IMG/VR virus record: IMGVR_UViG_2788500220_000014
Span: 37,405 to 101,404 of that record
From: a virus
Taxonomy: Duplodnaviria > Caudoviricetes
Length of the DNA: 64,000 nucleotides
Reading direction: 5' to 3' (one strand)
The position numbers and the translations under genes are program-made. The notes under the pieces were generated by a model. The model worked only from the letters and a program-made list of their open reading frames with translations. It had not been told where the DNA came from and made no database searches. How positions within the stretch are numbered: the stretch's first letter is position 1; each line of letters opens with the position of its first letter. This document shows, piece by piece, positions 1 to 9,348 of the stretch.

Positions 1-193
1 GACTTTCATTGATAATACTCCACTTTGTATAGTCAAGTCGAGTCACCCAACTCCGACCATCATCACTTAGAATCCTCAACCGAGGGGTCTTTTGATACTC
101 TCCTGTCTTAGGCGGCATCACTCCCAGTACTAGGGCAATGCAACCATGTGCCTTAATCAGGTCACCTTCTTTGACATGGTTACCAGGTTTCAT
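1..193 (-). CDS. small SH3/KOW-like phage protein (GDL family), runs off window edge
   Basis: Manual translation MKPGNHVKEGDLIKAHGCIALVLG...; frame open to position 1. Confidence 0.6.
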   Translation of the reverse strand, partial: MKPGNHVKEGDLIKAHGCIALVLGVMPPKTGEYQKTPRLRILSDDGRSWVTRLDYTKWSIINES

Positions 194-363
194 TGAATTG
201 GCTCCATCAATCGTTGCAGTACCCAATTAAGCCGGCCGTCTGACCACTTAACAAGGTAGGTTGGATCTGCAGACTCAATAGCTTGGTGGTAACCAATAAT
301 GATACCCAATAGCCCACCTTCAGAGAGTTTATGTCTTACCATGTCACCGATCTTCATAGTCAT
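190..363 (-). CDS. small SH3/KOW-like phage protein (MKIGDMV family), 57 aa, absent from ORF track
   Basis: Manual translation MTMKIGDMVRHKLSEGGLLGIIIG...YLVKWSDG; ATGA overlaps with both neighbours. Confidence 0.7.
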   Translation of the reverse strand: MTMKIGDMVRHKLSEGGLLGIIIGYHQAIESADPTYLVKWSDGRLNWVLQRLMEPIQ

Positions 364-605
364 CGCAACAACTCTCCATACGCTTCTTTTCCATACTCTT
401 CCCAGTCATCCAGGGACCACAGATCATCTCGATCTGTCCAGAAGGTATATGGATCCAGGGTCGGTCGACCGGTAAGTGATCGCTTACTAGCCATGACCTC
501 GAAATTCCCTTCTCTTCCACCTCTGCCAGTAGTAACCACAATCCCAGTTTGCAGGTCATTATGATAGTAGTCTTCGAAAATCACCACGTCACCAAGCTTA
601 AGCAT
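360..605 (-). CDS. small SH3/KOW-like phage protein
   Basis: MLKLGDVVIFEDY..TGIVV; paralog of 616-879. Confidence 0.7.
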   Translation of the reverse strand: MLKLGDVVIFEDYYHNDLQTGIVVTTGRGGREGNFEVMASKRSLTGRPTLDPYTFWTDRDDLWSLDDWEEYGKEAYGELLR

Positions 606-615
606 ATTCTTTTTC

Positions 616-879
616 CTATCGTCGCTCGATGCCAAACCACTCTGGGCGGCCACACTCATTCCACTCGGCAGTCGTCATCAGATCCTCACGCTCTCGCCAG
701 ATAATCATCTCCTCATAAATCCCATGTTCCGGGAGTGCGCATACCTTCACCAAGTAGTGGCCGGCTTCGTATCCGGTGATGACTCCTGCCATGATAGCGT
801 TTGCGGCGAAGTCTTCGTAGTGAACGACGTCGTTAATCTTAAGCACTATATCTATCTTTCTAAAGTAGCGAGGATCCAT
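616..879 (-). CDS. small SH3/KOW-like phage protein
   Basis: LKINDVVHYED..AGVITG; W-x-x-R-x-D-L shared with 360-605; directly behind promoter motif. Confidence 0.7.
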   Translation of the reverse strand: MDPRYFRKIDIVLKINDVVHYEDFAANAIMAGVITGYEAGHYLVKVCALPEHGIYEEMIIWREREDLMTTAEWNECGRPEWFGIERR

Positions 880-896
880 TCCCCACCAACATTTAG

Positions 897-925
897 ATTA
901 TACCATGAAGGAAGTAGAAATGCAC
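897..925 (-). promoter_or_regulatory. phage sigma70-like promoter GTGCAT-N17-TATAAT
   Basis: Motif recurs at 15079, 49993, 50462, 54368. Confidence 0.7.
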
Positions 926-994
926 GATAATAACTTTATTGTGAAATAAAAGTTTGTATTGTAGCCATACGTAATATTACAACCTGAGGTTAAT

Positions 995-1189
995 ATGTTA
1001 GATAGATATAGAGAGTGGATTTCTCATATGTCAGATGGTCAAGCTGACCTAATGGCATCTTTTGGTTACCTGGTGTGGTGTAGCTTACTAGTAACCGGAA
1101 TATTATCATACGGTGCTGGTGCTTTAATACCTATGGTTCTATCTTTTGGCCTGGCCGGTGTATTAACTGCATCCGTATACATTCATTAA
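995..1189 (+). CDS. small two-TM membrane protein
   Basis: 64-aa hydrophobic ORF with GAGGT RBS. Confidence 0.6.
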   Translation: MLDRYREWISHMSDGQADLMASFGYLVWCSLLVTGILSYGAGALIPMVLSFGLAGVLTASVYIH

Positions 1190-2004
1190 ATGCAATCCTC
1201 AACATATTCAGGCCAGTATTGAAGTACTTCTGCCTGTGAGAAAAATTCATTCTGAGAATCTGTCCAGTGCTCCGGAGCATCATTTCTTGATATATTTTCA
1301 GTCCCTGTACCAGACCTCTGATGCCATGTGTGACAAAAATACTCTTTGGCAGCGGTCATGGCAACCTTGTCCTCAATATATTTGCATTTGTATTCAAGTG
1401 CTGGATCACCAGAATCCCAAAATGGCCAGGCCTTAATAGAAACCCACAGGGGTACCAAGCCATTCGCCTCATTGTCAATTGATAATATTTCACCATTCTC
1501 ATCTATCCCAGTTATAAAGGGGTATGTGTGCTGACGTGGGGTACTGTAAAACATATCTTGGTCTGAACAGGCGTTTCTTAAGAATATATCCATTCTTGCA
1601 TCTTCAGTTGTTATCCAGAATGGATCCATATTGGAAAATGCGCCAGCTTCGATACCAGCAACTATTCCATGTATTAGAGATTCGAAGCTATAATCTAGAT
1701 AATACAAAGGTTGGCCAGAAGGTGCTATCTGCGCCTGACGTTCATCAGGAGCTCCGTCTCCAAAAAGCCTCGGCCTTAATATCCGGTTCGTTGCATGGTC
1801 GATATAGAACTGAATTGCCTTCTCAATTTCTTCAGAGAAGACAGGTATCTGGTCAACATCAATCTGTTCTCCTGGGTCAGGAGGTATAATATGTTGAGAT
1901 GGTTGATCATCAACTTCCTGAATGTCAGGTGTGTTCGTTGTTGGTAGTTCAGTTTCTTGAGAATTTGCTTCGTGGATGCTGGGTTGGTCTGGGTTATGAT
2001 AGTT
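1186..2004 (-). CDS. open frame continuing the 2005-2829 gene past its TGA (C-terminal segment; readthrough product or pseudogene part)
   Basis: Stop-free from 2004 to TAA at 1186, in frame with the upstream gene; first start codon only at 1707 (TTG). Confidence 0.55.
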   Translation of the reverse strand, partial: NYHNPDQPSIHEANSQETELPTTNTPDIQEVDDQPSQHIIPPDPGEQIDVDQIPVFSEEIEKAIQFYIDHATNRILRPRLFGDGAPDERQAQIAPSGQPLYYLDYSFESLIHGIVAGIEAGAFSNMDPFWITTEDARMDIFLRNACSDQDMFYSTPRQHTYPFITGIDENGEILSIDNEANGLVPLWVSIKAWPFWDSGDPALEYKCKYIEDKVAMTAAKEYFCHTWHQRSGTGTENISRNDAPEHWTDSQNEFFSQAEVLQYWPEYVEDCI

Positions 2005-2829
2005 TCAATTTTCAATAAACTCTATCAACAAATCAGAAATATCATAGGCAGTCTCAATCAACACTTCAATGCTAGTACGTTCTTCTTCTGTAACATCTTC
2101 TTTTAAAGTAACCGGGAGGGAATCTAATAGGTCTTTTGCTTCTTTAGGTGATAATCCGGTTATATCCCGCACCAACTTGATCATATCGACTTTCTCATTT
2201 AGGTCATAGCCATGAAGCCGAACAGTATAGCTAACATCGTCAGCCGGTGGGGTAATAGTTTCTTCATCTTCATGAGAATCCTGCGTCATGAGCTCTGCTA
2301 GACTTACTTTCATATTGTTCAACTCAACAGCAATATCTGCACATAACTTTTCATTTTTAGCAATTTCATTTTTGAGTGCGTCAGTTGTTTGTTGTTCACG
2401 TTTTTCAAGATTGTTCAGCGCGTCGCTGTTGCTCTTGGTCTTACCCCAATGTTTGTCAATAGCAGTACTTAAAGCCTCAATCTCGCCAACAAAATGTTCA
2501 CTGATTGCCTTATCACAGCGGTTTGCAATTTCTTCTATTACGTCAATTCGCTTTGAGATCTTATCTAAGTCTAGCTTTGAGTCTAATTTAGACATCTCGT
2601 CTATAACCCTGTGTATGTTATCCCATATCCTTATTTGATCCATTGCCATTGTTGAAATAGATGACATGTATGAGCTCAAGGTTTGTTCAATTTCTTCATC
2701 GCTAGCATCTGAGCTTGCTATTACCTTTAATAGCGCAGATTTTCTTTCTAATTCAATCTCTTTTTTTATCTCTTTTTTAAGATCTTCATTATTTTTCTCT
2801 ATTCCAAATAATCTTAATATCCAGCTCAT
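2005..2829 (-). CDS. coiled-coil protein with ribosomal protein bL12 (L7/L12) C-terminal-like domain
   Basis: YTVRL..EKVDMIKLVRDITGLSPKEAKDLLDSLPVTLKEDVTEEE matches bL12 CTD pattern; AAAGGA RBS before ATG 2829. Confidence 0.75.
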   Translation of the reverse strand: MSWILRLFGIEKNNEDLKKEIKKEIELERKSALLKVIASSDASDEEIEQTLSSYMSSISTMAMDQIRIWDNIHRVIDEMSKLDSKLDLDKISKRIDVIEEIANRCDKAISEHFVGEIEALSTAIDKHWGKTKSNSDALNNLEKREQQTTDALKNEIAKNEKLCADIAVELNNMKVSLAELMTQDSHEDEETITPPADDVSYTVRLHGYDLNEKVDMIKLVRDITGLSPKEAKDLLDSLPVTLKEDVTEEERTSIEVLIETAYDISDLLIEFIEN

Positions 2830-2974
2830 GTGCGTCCGTCCTTTGTGGCAAATATGTCTAAGTATAAATATTTCGAACATGTTCAAGCGCTTCTCAGAAT
2901 TTTGAGTTATTTTACTCGAGTCAATGTATCGCTTATAATGTTTATAACGCTTATTCGACAGGAGATTTAAATCA

Positions 2975-3406
2975 ATGAAAAATATAAGCTTACTTGTTTT
3001 TACTAGCCTTATGCTAACTGCTTGCCCGGGCCCGGGTCCACAGTATCATGCACCGGCTGAGAGTTGCGTTAAAGAGTACTCATACGCAATGCGAGCACTA
3101 GCTGCTGTCGACCGTGGGGTGGGCGAAGATAGTGTGGAAGCTAACGAGCATGCATGTGACGCGTCATGGGCGGCATTCGTAGATTCAAGCATGTTAGATT
3201 CCGATGCACTTCCAGATTGGTATAGGTGGCATAATGAGCTATGGTTCAGCGATGAGCTTAAGGATGCAATGCCACAATGTCGTGGGAATGACGGGACTAG
3301 TGAGTATCACGCATGGACACTTTTAAAAGACGATGAAGTTATGAGAGTGCGATGTACACTTAAGTGTGATGGTCATGACCCGGGCTCTTGTGAACAACCA
3401 GAATAG
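2975..3406 (+). CDS. putative lipoprotein
   Basis: Signal peptide with lipobox LTAC; AGGAG RBS. Confidence 0.7.
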   Translation: MKNISLLVFTSLMLTACPGPGPQYHAPAESCVKEYSYAMRALAAVDRGVGEDSVEANEHACDASWAAFVDSSMLDSDALPDWYRWHNELWFSDELKDAMPQCRGNDGTSEYHAWTLLKDDEVMRVRCTLKCDGHDPGSCEQPE

Positions 3407-3504
3407 CTTCTTTTTGAATTAATGTAAGGTTTAGTGCAATACCATTGTATATTTATTTGGTGTCAAGGGTGATAAATTATCCCTCTTAATCCTAAGGATA
3501 TACA

Positions 3505-3858
3505 ATGAAAAACTTTACTTTACTTTGTTCTCTGTTGTTTTTGGTGGGTTGTCCAACACCTACCCCTGAACCAGAGCCGGATCCGCCCGAGCCAGTTGTC
3601 GAAGTACAATGTCAAACAATTGAACGATGTCAATTATTAGTGCAAGCATGCTTAAATGAAATGTGCCCAAAGTATTTTGCACAAGGTAAGAGTGCTGCCG
3701 ATGCATTTCAATATTGCACTGTTGATATGACCGCAAGGCACCCTATTATGAGGCAGCATGATTGTGCACAGTGTATCGAAGAAGACCGTAGGATTAATCG
3801 TGGCCGAAATTTCGGGTCGATTATATCCAACGTCGATAGGTGCCAAACCGGTAATTAG
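3505..3858 (+). CDS. putative Cys-rich lipoprotein
   Basis: Lipobox LVGC, Pro-rich linker, Cys-rich. Confidence 0.7.
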   Translation: MKNFTLLCSLLFLVGCPTPTPEPEPDPPEPVVEVQCQTIERCQLLVQACLNEMCPKYFAQGKSAADAFQYCTVDMTARHPIMRQHDCAQCIEEDRRINRGRNFGSIISNVDRCQTGN

Positions 3859-3873
3859 CCGAAAGCTTATATT

Positions 3874-4344
3874 ATGATTAAAATAATTTCTGCCGCCTTC
3901 GGTATTGCTTTTGTACTGGCCGCCGCCTGCAGTCCGCAAGTTGAACCGAATACAGGGCATACGTCCCAAGTCCCGAGCCTTTCAGCTTGCCATATATTAT
4001 ATGACTCAGAAACACAAACATGGGTAAGGGCAATATTGCCTCAAAACAGTACACAGTTCGAATTATGCGATCCACTCATCGATGATTACAACGTTGAATA
4101 CGAAGCACAGTGCCAGCTAATCAATTACGGTACTGTTTTAGGCTATGAAACAGAGCCTCAAAGATTCGAGCTTCTAGAAGAATATTGTTTGGATGAGCCT
4201 ATCGACGGTCGATGTGATACCTTTAACTGCCAAGACGTACATAAGGCAATTAATCCGGACGCGGGTTGGGCATATCCCTCAGGTTGTGTTGCAATATTAA
4301 ATCGTAATGAAGGTACATGTACAGCAATGTGGAACGATCAGTAA
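3874..4344 (+). CDS. putative lipoprotein
   Basis: Lipobox LAAAC; several Cys. Confidence 0.7.
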   Translation: MIKIISAAFGIAFVLAAACSPQVEPNTGHTSQVPSLSACHILYDSETQTWVRAILPQNSTQFELCDPLIDDYNVEYEAQCQLINYGTVLGYETEPQRFELLEEYCLDEPIDGRCDTFNCQDVHKAINPDAGWAYPSGCVAILNRNEGTCTAMWNDQ

Positions 4345-5244
4345 TTAATCTTCATCATAATCGTCGATATCATCAAATACATAACTACAATTATCTTCAA
4401 AATAGTCAATAATCAAATCGAGTGGTTCTGTATATTCAACATCATCGATAACCCAAAAATCATCCAGACCATCGGCAATGATCTCTGTTAAAATATCTTC
4501 GGGGTTATCTGGGCACCAATCTTCACAAAAATCTTGAATACGTATTTTTAACACGTCAAGTCTTTCTGCATTCCAAAAATAAGAATCAATCGTATCAGGC
4601 GTCGATAAAAAGATATATTTCTTTACCTTATGCTCTACGTCATCGGTGTTCCAATATTCTAACTCAAAAACTATCTCAATATTCTCATCATTGTCTTCAG
4701 GTATTGGAAACCTAAATGGGTCAAGAAAAAGGGACTGCAATGATACTCCACTCGGAGCGCCGCACCATGACAAATCAACCGGTGCCTCGAGGCTGGGTGA
4801 AAATAAGATCCGATTAGTAGAATTTGGAGGCTGTGTGTATACAGTATACAGCAGATTATTGTACTTTGACTTAAGGCCGACGATATCAGGAAATTTAGAA
4901 TTATTTAAAAGCTCTATTACATTATCTGCAGATATTACGCCGCCGCGGCCGCATAATGCAATACCGTCATGATTATTTAATAAATCCCATTCATGGCCAT
5001 ATACCTCTTTTTCAATCATCATTAGGCGATCATCGATATCAGATATGTCATGAAGCCCTAGTTCATCAATATCATCATAAAGCTCTGATATCGCTGTAGC
5101 GGTTATATTTTGTTGATCTACATGACCTTGTTTTAAAAGCTTTAAATTTGATACTAGCTCTTTTTCTTTTTTCTTTTGGTCGTTAACGAATTGATCAAAC
5201 TCTTTTTTTGAAACGGTCCCAAATAGCCTTGCCCAGAAAGACAT
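4345..5244 (-). CDS. acidic hypothetical protein
   Basis: 299-aa ORF; N-terminus MSFWARLFG resembles MSWILRLFG of the 2829 gene. Confidence 0.75.
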   Translation of the reverse strand: MSFWARLFGTVSKKEFDQFVNDQKKKEKELVSNLKLLKQGHVDQQNITATAISELYDDIDELGLHDISDIDDRLMMIEKEVYGHEWDLLNNHDGIALCGRGGVISADNVIELLNNSKFPDIVGLKSKYNNLLYTVYTQPPNSTNRILFSPSLEAPVDLSWCGAPSGVSLQSLFLDPFRFPIPEDNDENIEIVFELEYWNTDDVEHKVKKYIFLSTPDTIDSYFWNAERLDVLKIRIQDFCEDWCPDNPEDILTEIIADGLDDFWVIDDVEYTEPLDLIIDYFEDNCSYVFDDIDDYDED

Positions 5245-5420
5245 AATATTATGCTCCTTAAGTTATTTTTTTTCAGAACTAAACCTAAACAGCGATATCG
5301 CATGTGCGATATGCCTATAAATATGGAGCTACTGTATGATATAATACCGTATATATAATTTCACATAATATATGTAGACAGTTTAGATAGTTAATAATAG
5401 AACCCTAAGCTGGAAAAACG

Positions 5421-5762
5421 TTGAGACTTGCAATAATACTTTTAGCATTCCTCGCGTGCGCACCTGAACAGCAGGAACTTTTTGACCGATCGGTATTTGA
5501 AGATACGTGGTGGGAAGTTAATACACTGGGATACAATGCATGTTTTCTTGTACATCAATCTGGGGAAATATTTATATTTGAGCCAGATTATGGAACATAT
5601 TTTGCAGGTTCATGGGAGTATGAAGATCCCGGAATGTATCACGTTGAATCCGACTCACTAAATAATGCAGAAGTACTAGAAATTAAAAAGAAGAAAGACT
5701 GTTGGAAAATTTCAGGATACTCTATTTTAAAAATAGAAGCATGCGCATGTACATTACTATAA
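5421..5762 (+). CDS. putative lipoprotein
   Basis: Lipobox FLAC. Confidence 0.6.
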   Translation: MRLAIILLAFLACAPEQQELFDRSVFEDTWWEVNTLGYNACFLVHQSGEIFIFEPDYGTYFAGSWEYEDPGMYHVESDSLNNAEVLEIKKKKDCWKISGYSILKIEACACTLL

Positions 5763-5787
5763 AAAAAGGAGGGCGTTAGCCCTCCTT
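5760..5787 (-). terminator. intrinsic terminator
   Basis: AAGGAGGGC/GCCCTCCTT stem, T-run on minus strand, between convergent genes. Confidence 0.8.
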
Positions 5788-5813
5788 CGTATATCGAAAA
5801 CTAGTTAATAGTT

Positions 5814-6041
5814 TTACTTCACTGTTGCATCTGCATCATCAACATTAGTATTCTTGACAGCCGGTGCAATTTCAAACCCTGTAGTTTCTTGAGTCACTGC
5901 AGGTTTCGAAGGTATGACAGCCGGAGCCTTTGTTGAAGTTACAACATCAGGTTCTGAATTAGATGATTGAAGATAAAACAATCCAACAACTAATCCTAAA
6001 ACTGTTACTGCTGCTACAACATATGTAGTATACTTTTTCAT
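5814..6041 (-). CDS. small single-TM membrane protein
   Basis: MKKYTTY + TM helix; AAGGAG RBS. Confidence 0.7.
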   Translation of the reverse strand: MKKYTTYVVAAVTVLGLVVGLFYLQSSNSEPDVVTSTKAPAVIPSKPAVTQETTGFEIAPAVKNTNVDDADATVK

Positions 6042-6063
6042 GATTAAATCACTCCTTGTTTCG

Positions 6064-6097
6064 AAAAAAAGAGAAGCCCAGCATTCCAAGGCTTCTC
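6064..6097 (-). terminator. intrinsic terminator closing the large RNA
   Basis: GAGAAGCC...GGCTTCTC stem followed by T7. Confidence 0.75.
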
Positions 6098-6725
6098 GTT
6101 CTCATGACCGTCAAGCCTTTTGAGCCTGTCCCCCTCTTGGGGTTAGACGTGAACACACCGGTAAGTAACACCGTTCACAAGATTTCTCCCTGTTCTTGGC
6201 TCGTAAAAACCACGGAACAGCACGTCCTACTGTCATCAACATTCTGCGCTCAGTTGGGTAAGCTGTACACTTCCCCCCGCATTTGCGCGCCATGCTTCCA
6301 ATCCTTGGGAGAATGTCCACATAACCCCTTTCGGGACGATAGGTTCGTTGCCGACTCTACCAGAGAGACTTCTGCCAATGACAGTTAAATTCTAGAGGTT
6401 ATTAAGCCTCCTTCCCAAGACTTTTCGACTCCTTTTGGGAGTGTCTTTGGTTTGCCCTTATCCCGTTTCCACGATGAATTTACAAGTCCATGGATATTTT
6501 CAGCAGTATTTCCCTAGCGGAATAGGGACTCATGCATCCAACTACTAAACGACTTCGGAAGTTCCACCTTCCTTAACTCGTTCCCTCTCTTGGTGGGGCG
6601 GCATGCCGCAAGAACAACACCTTCCCCATTCGAGGTTTTCTCTATCATCTACTTTCGTAATTGCCCAGGAGCCAGTAATTCCACCTGAGTTTTTGGACCC
6701 GAGAACATGGGTCACATAAGTTTTC
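6098..6725 (-). ncRNA. large (~630 nt) ornate structured ncRNA candidate, family unassigned (ROOL/GOLLD size class)
   Basis: No credible ORF; many nested helices, GAAA tetraloops, 5'/3' long-range pairing, upstream promoter-like site and downstream terminator. Confidence 0.7.
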
Positions 6726-6754
6726 AAAGAACCTTCGTTTATTAACGTATGTTA

Positions 6755-6783
6755 AATATAACGACCCTCTATAGAGTGTATAA
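6755..6783 (-). promoter_or_regulatory. putative promoter of the ncRNA
   Basis: TTATAC-N17-TATATT on minus strand. Confidence 0.4.
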
Positions 6784-6789
6784 AACTAT

Positions 6790-7386
6790 TTAATTTAATT
6801 TTGCACCTACCCATAACCCTAAAGATGCCTGGTAAAGATGCTTCTGGAGCAATTGTTTTGGTATCACCCATTTAAGGGGTAACTCTTCCTTGGGCCTATC
6901 AATTATAGTATTATTTCTATAATCGTGATATGCTGTCATCTGTTGTTGCTTTATCCACCTAATTGTAGATGCATCGCTCCATGACCCACGAGATATAACT
7001 TGCAACATGTTATTATAAAGTAGCATCTCTATAGTAAACTGATTATCACTTAGGGTAATCGTTGTTTCAAGTAAATAATGACCGTTGTCATACGTACATT
7101 GCTTAGCATTTAAAGTATAGTCACAGCCCTCCCATATATATGATATTGTATCTCGGTTATAAACGTTAATTGGATTAACACCTTTAGCCAGTCGACTGTG
7201 CATGCTAGCTAAGCCGAATACTGAATTAACGTCAATATCTACATCAGCATCTTGAGACATGTCAATAACCTTAATAGGTGCTACATAAACTTCTGAAGAG
7301 CGAACATCGCTAACAACAATTGACATATCAACATCTTCTGCATGTGAAGATAATAAAGAGAAAGAGAGAAAGATAAGCGCTTTCAT
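6790..7386 (-). CDS. secreted hypothetical protein
   Basis: Signal peptide ending SHA; 198 aa. Confidence 0.7.
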   Translation of the reverse strand: MKALIFLSFSLLSSHAEDVDMSIVVSDVRSSEVYVAPIKVIDMSQDADVDIDVNSVFGLASMHSRLAKGVNPINVYNRDTISYIWEGCDYTLNAKQCTYDNGHYLLETTITLSDNQFTIEMLLYNNMLQVISRGSWSDASTIRWIKQQQMTAYHDYRNNTIIDRPKEELPLKWVIPKQLLQKHLYQASLGLWVGAKLN

Positions 7387-7429
7387 AACTCACCTATAGA
7401 TTAGTAATTTATCGATCACCTATAAATAA

Positions 7430-8143
7430 TCAATCTTCTATTGCATGTATACCTTTATTTCTTTGATAAGCCTGGACAGTTGTAGGAAATAAGTCTGCCG
7501 CAATTTCTAGACATGCCATGGCGACCTGTTGGATCTCCCACTGTGCACCTTCATGTATGCGTAAATCGATGAACTTTAATAGATTACCAAGGTTCACAGT
7601 GCCATAATATTGGGTGTACATATTTTGTGGTAATATCCCGCGTGCTTGCTCACGGCAAACACCCGCCTCGATCATTCTGTTAAATAAGTCAAGAGACATC
7701 TGATGGTGCAATCCGACCATTTCATCACAATCACTACCGCAGGAAAGGATTGGATTAATTAGCCCTTCGGTATTGGATGCTTGCCGGTTTGACTTATGCT
7801 GCGTCCTGAACTCTTTCGGTTCATAAAACTGAATATCGAAATCGGTATATCTCCTACTAATCTCGTTATAGCTCCATGTTCGATGCCTATGATGCTGGCT
7901 ACGAATAAATAAAGGTACTACAAATCGAAATGTTATTGAGCAGTGTTCCAATGTACTAGTATGCTTGTGCCGAATTAAATAGCTTATCAGCTTAATATCT
8001 CGTTCATCCATATGCTTCTTTTGTTTTCCAAAAGAGACCCTAGCACTATTAACTACAGTAAGATCAGAACCCATATGTTGAACATATTCTACTGCTCCCA
8101 CTCCATCATTGTATAGCCCTATAGATTTTGTATATTTCATCAT
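7430..8143 (-). CDS. thyX: FAD-dependent thymidylate synthase
   Basis: ARVSF, HTSTLEH, QHHRHRTWSYNEISRRY ThyX motif, EQARGILP, AQWEI. Confidence 0.96.
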   Translation of the reverse strand: MMKYTKSIGLYNDGVGAVEYVQHMGSDLTVVNSARVSFGKQKKHMDERDIKLISYLIRHKHTSTLEHCSITFRFVVPLFIRSQHHRHRTWSYNEISRRYTDFDIQFYEPKEFRTQHKSNRQASNTEGLINPILSCGSDCDEMVGLHHQMSLDLFNRMIEAGVCREQARGILPQNMYTQYYGTVNLGNLLKFIDLRIHEGAQWEIQQVAMACLEIAADLFPTTVQAYQRNKGIHAIED

Positions 8144-8163
8144 GATATCCTATATTAAAGTCC

Positions 8164-8676
8164 CTAATCATTGCAATTATCTTTAATTGCCTTGTCAACC
8201 GGCTTAGTGTCTAACTCTCCCCATCTTTTAGATTGAATTTCTTGATATTTTTTTAAGCACCCATTACATAACGTCCGGATCCATCCTTTGGTATTTTGTT
8301 TTCCCGGGGCTCCACATTCTTCGCATGTATAGTCAGACATTGCTTCTGCCATGGCAATCATTCCGCTGGTCCTATCATCACCACCGTGATAATAAAATCG
8401 AAGTCCTCCATACTTTTCTTTAACCTGAACTGCTTCTACCTGAGGTATGGGCTCACGGTTGCATTTAAACTTCTGCTTTTGATCTTCATATTTTCCGGTA
8501 CAATTATTCCAATCAATATGTTGTTGGATATTCGTACAAAGGACATTTAAAATGTTATACCACCCATCACCTGTCTCGATGCCCCAACACATTGCTGTCT
8601 CTTGCATAGAAAGATCTTTTTGCCGAAATATCTTTGGATATTTTTCAAATAATTTATCTTGTAACTCTTGTTTCAT
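8164..8676 (-). CDS. conserved phage hypothetical protein with Zn-ribbon
   Basis: QVKEKYGGLRFY, CEECG..TLCNGC. Confidence 0.8.
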   Translation of the reverse strand: MKQELQDKLFEKYPKIFRQKDLSMQETAMCWGIETGDGWYNILNVLCTNIQQHIDWNNCTGKYEDQKQKFKCNREPIPQVEAVQVKEKYGGLRFYYHGGDDRTSGMIAMAEAMSDYTCEECGAPGKQNTKGWIRTLCNGCLKKYQEIQSKRWGELDTKPVDKAIKDNCND

Positions 8677-8911
8677 ATTTTTCCCTCACTAGTTTAAGTT
8701 TTGCTTGGGCCAATATGGCATAACGTGCAATAACCTCATGAGATTGAACCTCACCATAATAATTTCTAATATAGTTGCATAAAAACCCTATATCGACCTC
8801 ATACTCTTCAATTTGTTGCATGAATTGGTCGTTATGTGTATCCATGAAACTATCATAAATAATATCACATTTAGTCCTGTATTTTTGCGCTGCTTCTAAC
8901 GGAGTCTTCAT
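8654..8911 (-). CDS. hypothetical protein
   Basis: ORF in tightly packed operon; GAGGTG RBS. Confidence 0.6.
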   Translation of the reverse strand: MKTPLEAAQKYRTKCDIIYDSFMDTHNDQFMQQIEEYEVDIGFLCNYIRNYYGEVQSHEVIARYAILAQAKLKLVREKYETRVTR

Positions 8912-9125
8912 AAGCCACCTCTCTTTCACATTCCATCCAGGCATCATAAACATCCTCGAAATAATCAAGTTCTATAATCGAATGTATCGAAATAATACCA
9001 TTTGACCATGCAACTAAAAAAGTAGTATCACCTAAACTATTACCATCATCCCTAGATACAATTATCCCAGGAATAGAATGATCGTTAAATGAATATCCTC
9101 GGACCACCATGTCACCTGACTTCAT
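8871..9125 (-). CDS. small SH3/KOW-like protein
   Basis: MKSGDMVVR..PGIIV..FLVAWSNG; paralog of 9112-9348. Confidence 0.75.
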   Translation of the reverse strand: MKSGDMVVRGYSFNDHSIPGIIVSRDDGNSLGDTTFLVAWSNGIISIHSIIELDYFEDVYDAWMECEREVAYEDSVRSSAKIQD

Positions 9126-9348
9126 TTAAGTCCTCAAGCTGATAGGTTAATGCTTCTTCTAAATAGTCTAATTCTACATCCATTTCACGAGATGTGTTAC
9201 CATCAGACCATGCTACAATAAAATTATGATCCGTATGTGCTACAAAGTCATCTCCATCTGGGTGATGTACCAACTCTTCATCAACAATAATGCCAGGAAC
9301 AAATGCGCGCCATGCATATGCGCGTACTACCATATCACCTATTTTCAC
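9112..9348 (-). CDS. small SH3/KOW-like protein
   Basis: GTG start VKIGDMVVR..PGIIV..FIVAWSDG; AGGAG RBS. Confidence 0.75.
   Translation of the reverse strand: MKIGDMVVRAYAWRAFVPGIIVDEELVHHPDGDDFVAHTDHNFIVAWSDGNTSREMDVELDYLEEALTYQLEDLNEVR

Noticed and set aside
1776-2015. 79-aa ORF MKIETII...
   Set aside because: Shadow of the longer acidic frame that continues the upstream gene
6056-6727. ORFs 6056-6388(+), 6111-6320(-), 6545-6727(-)
   Set aside because: No convincing RBS, atypical composition, and the first two overlap; region is better explained as structured RNA
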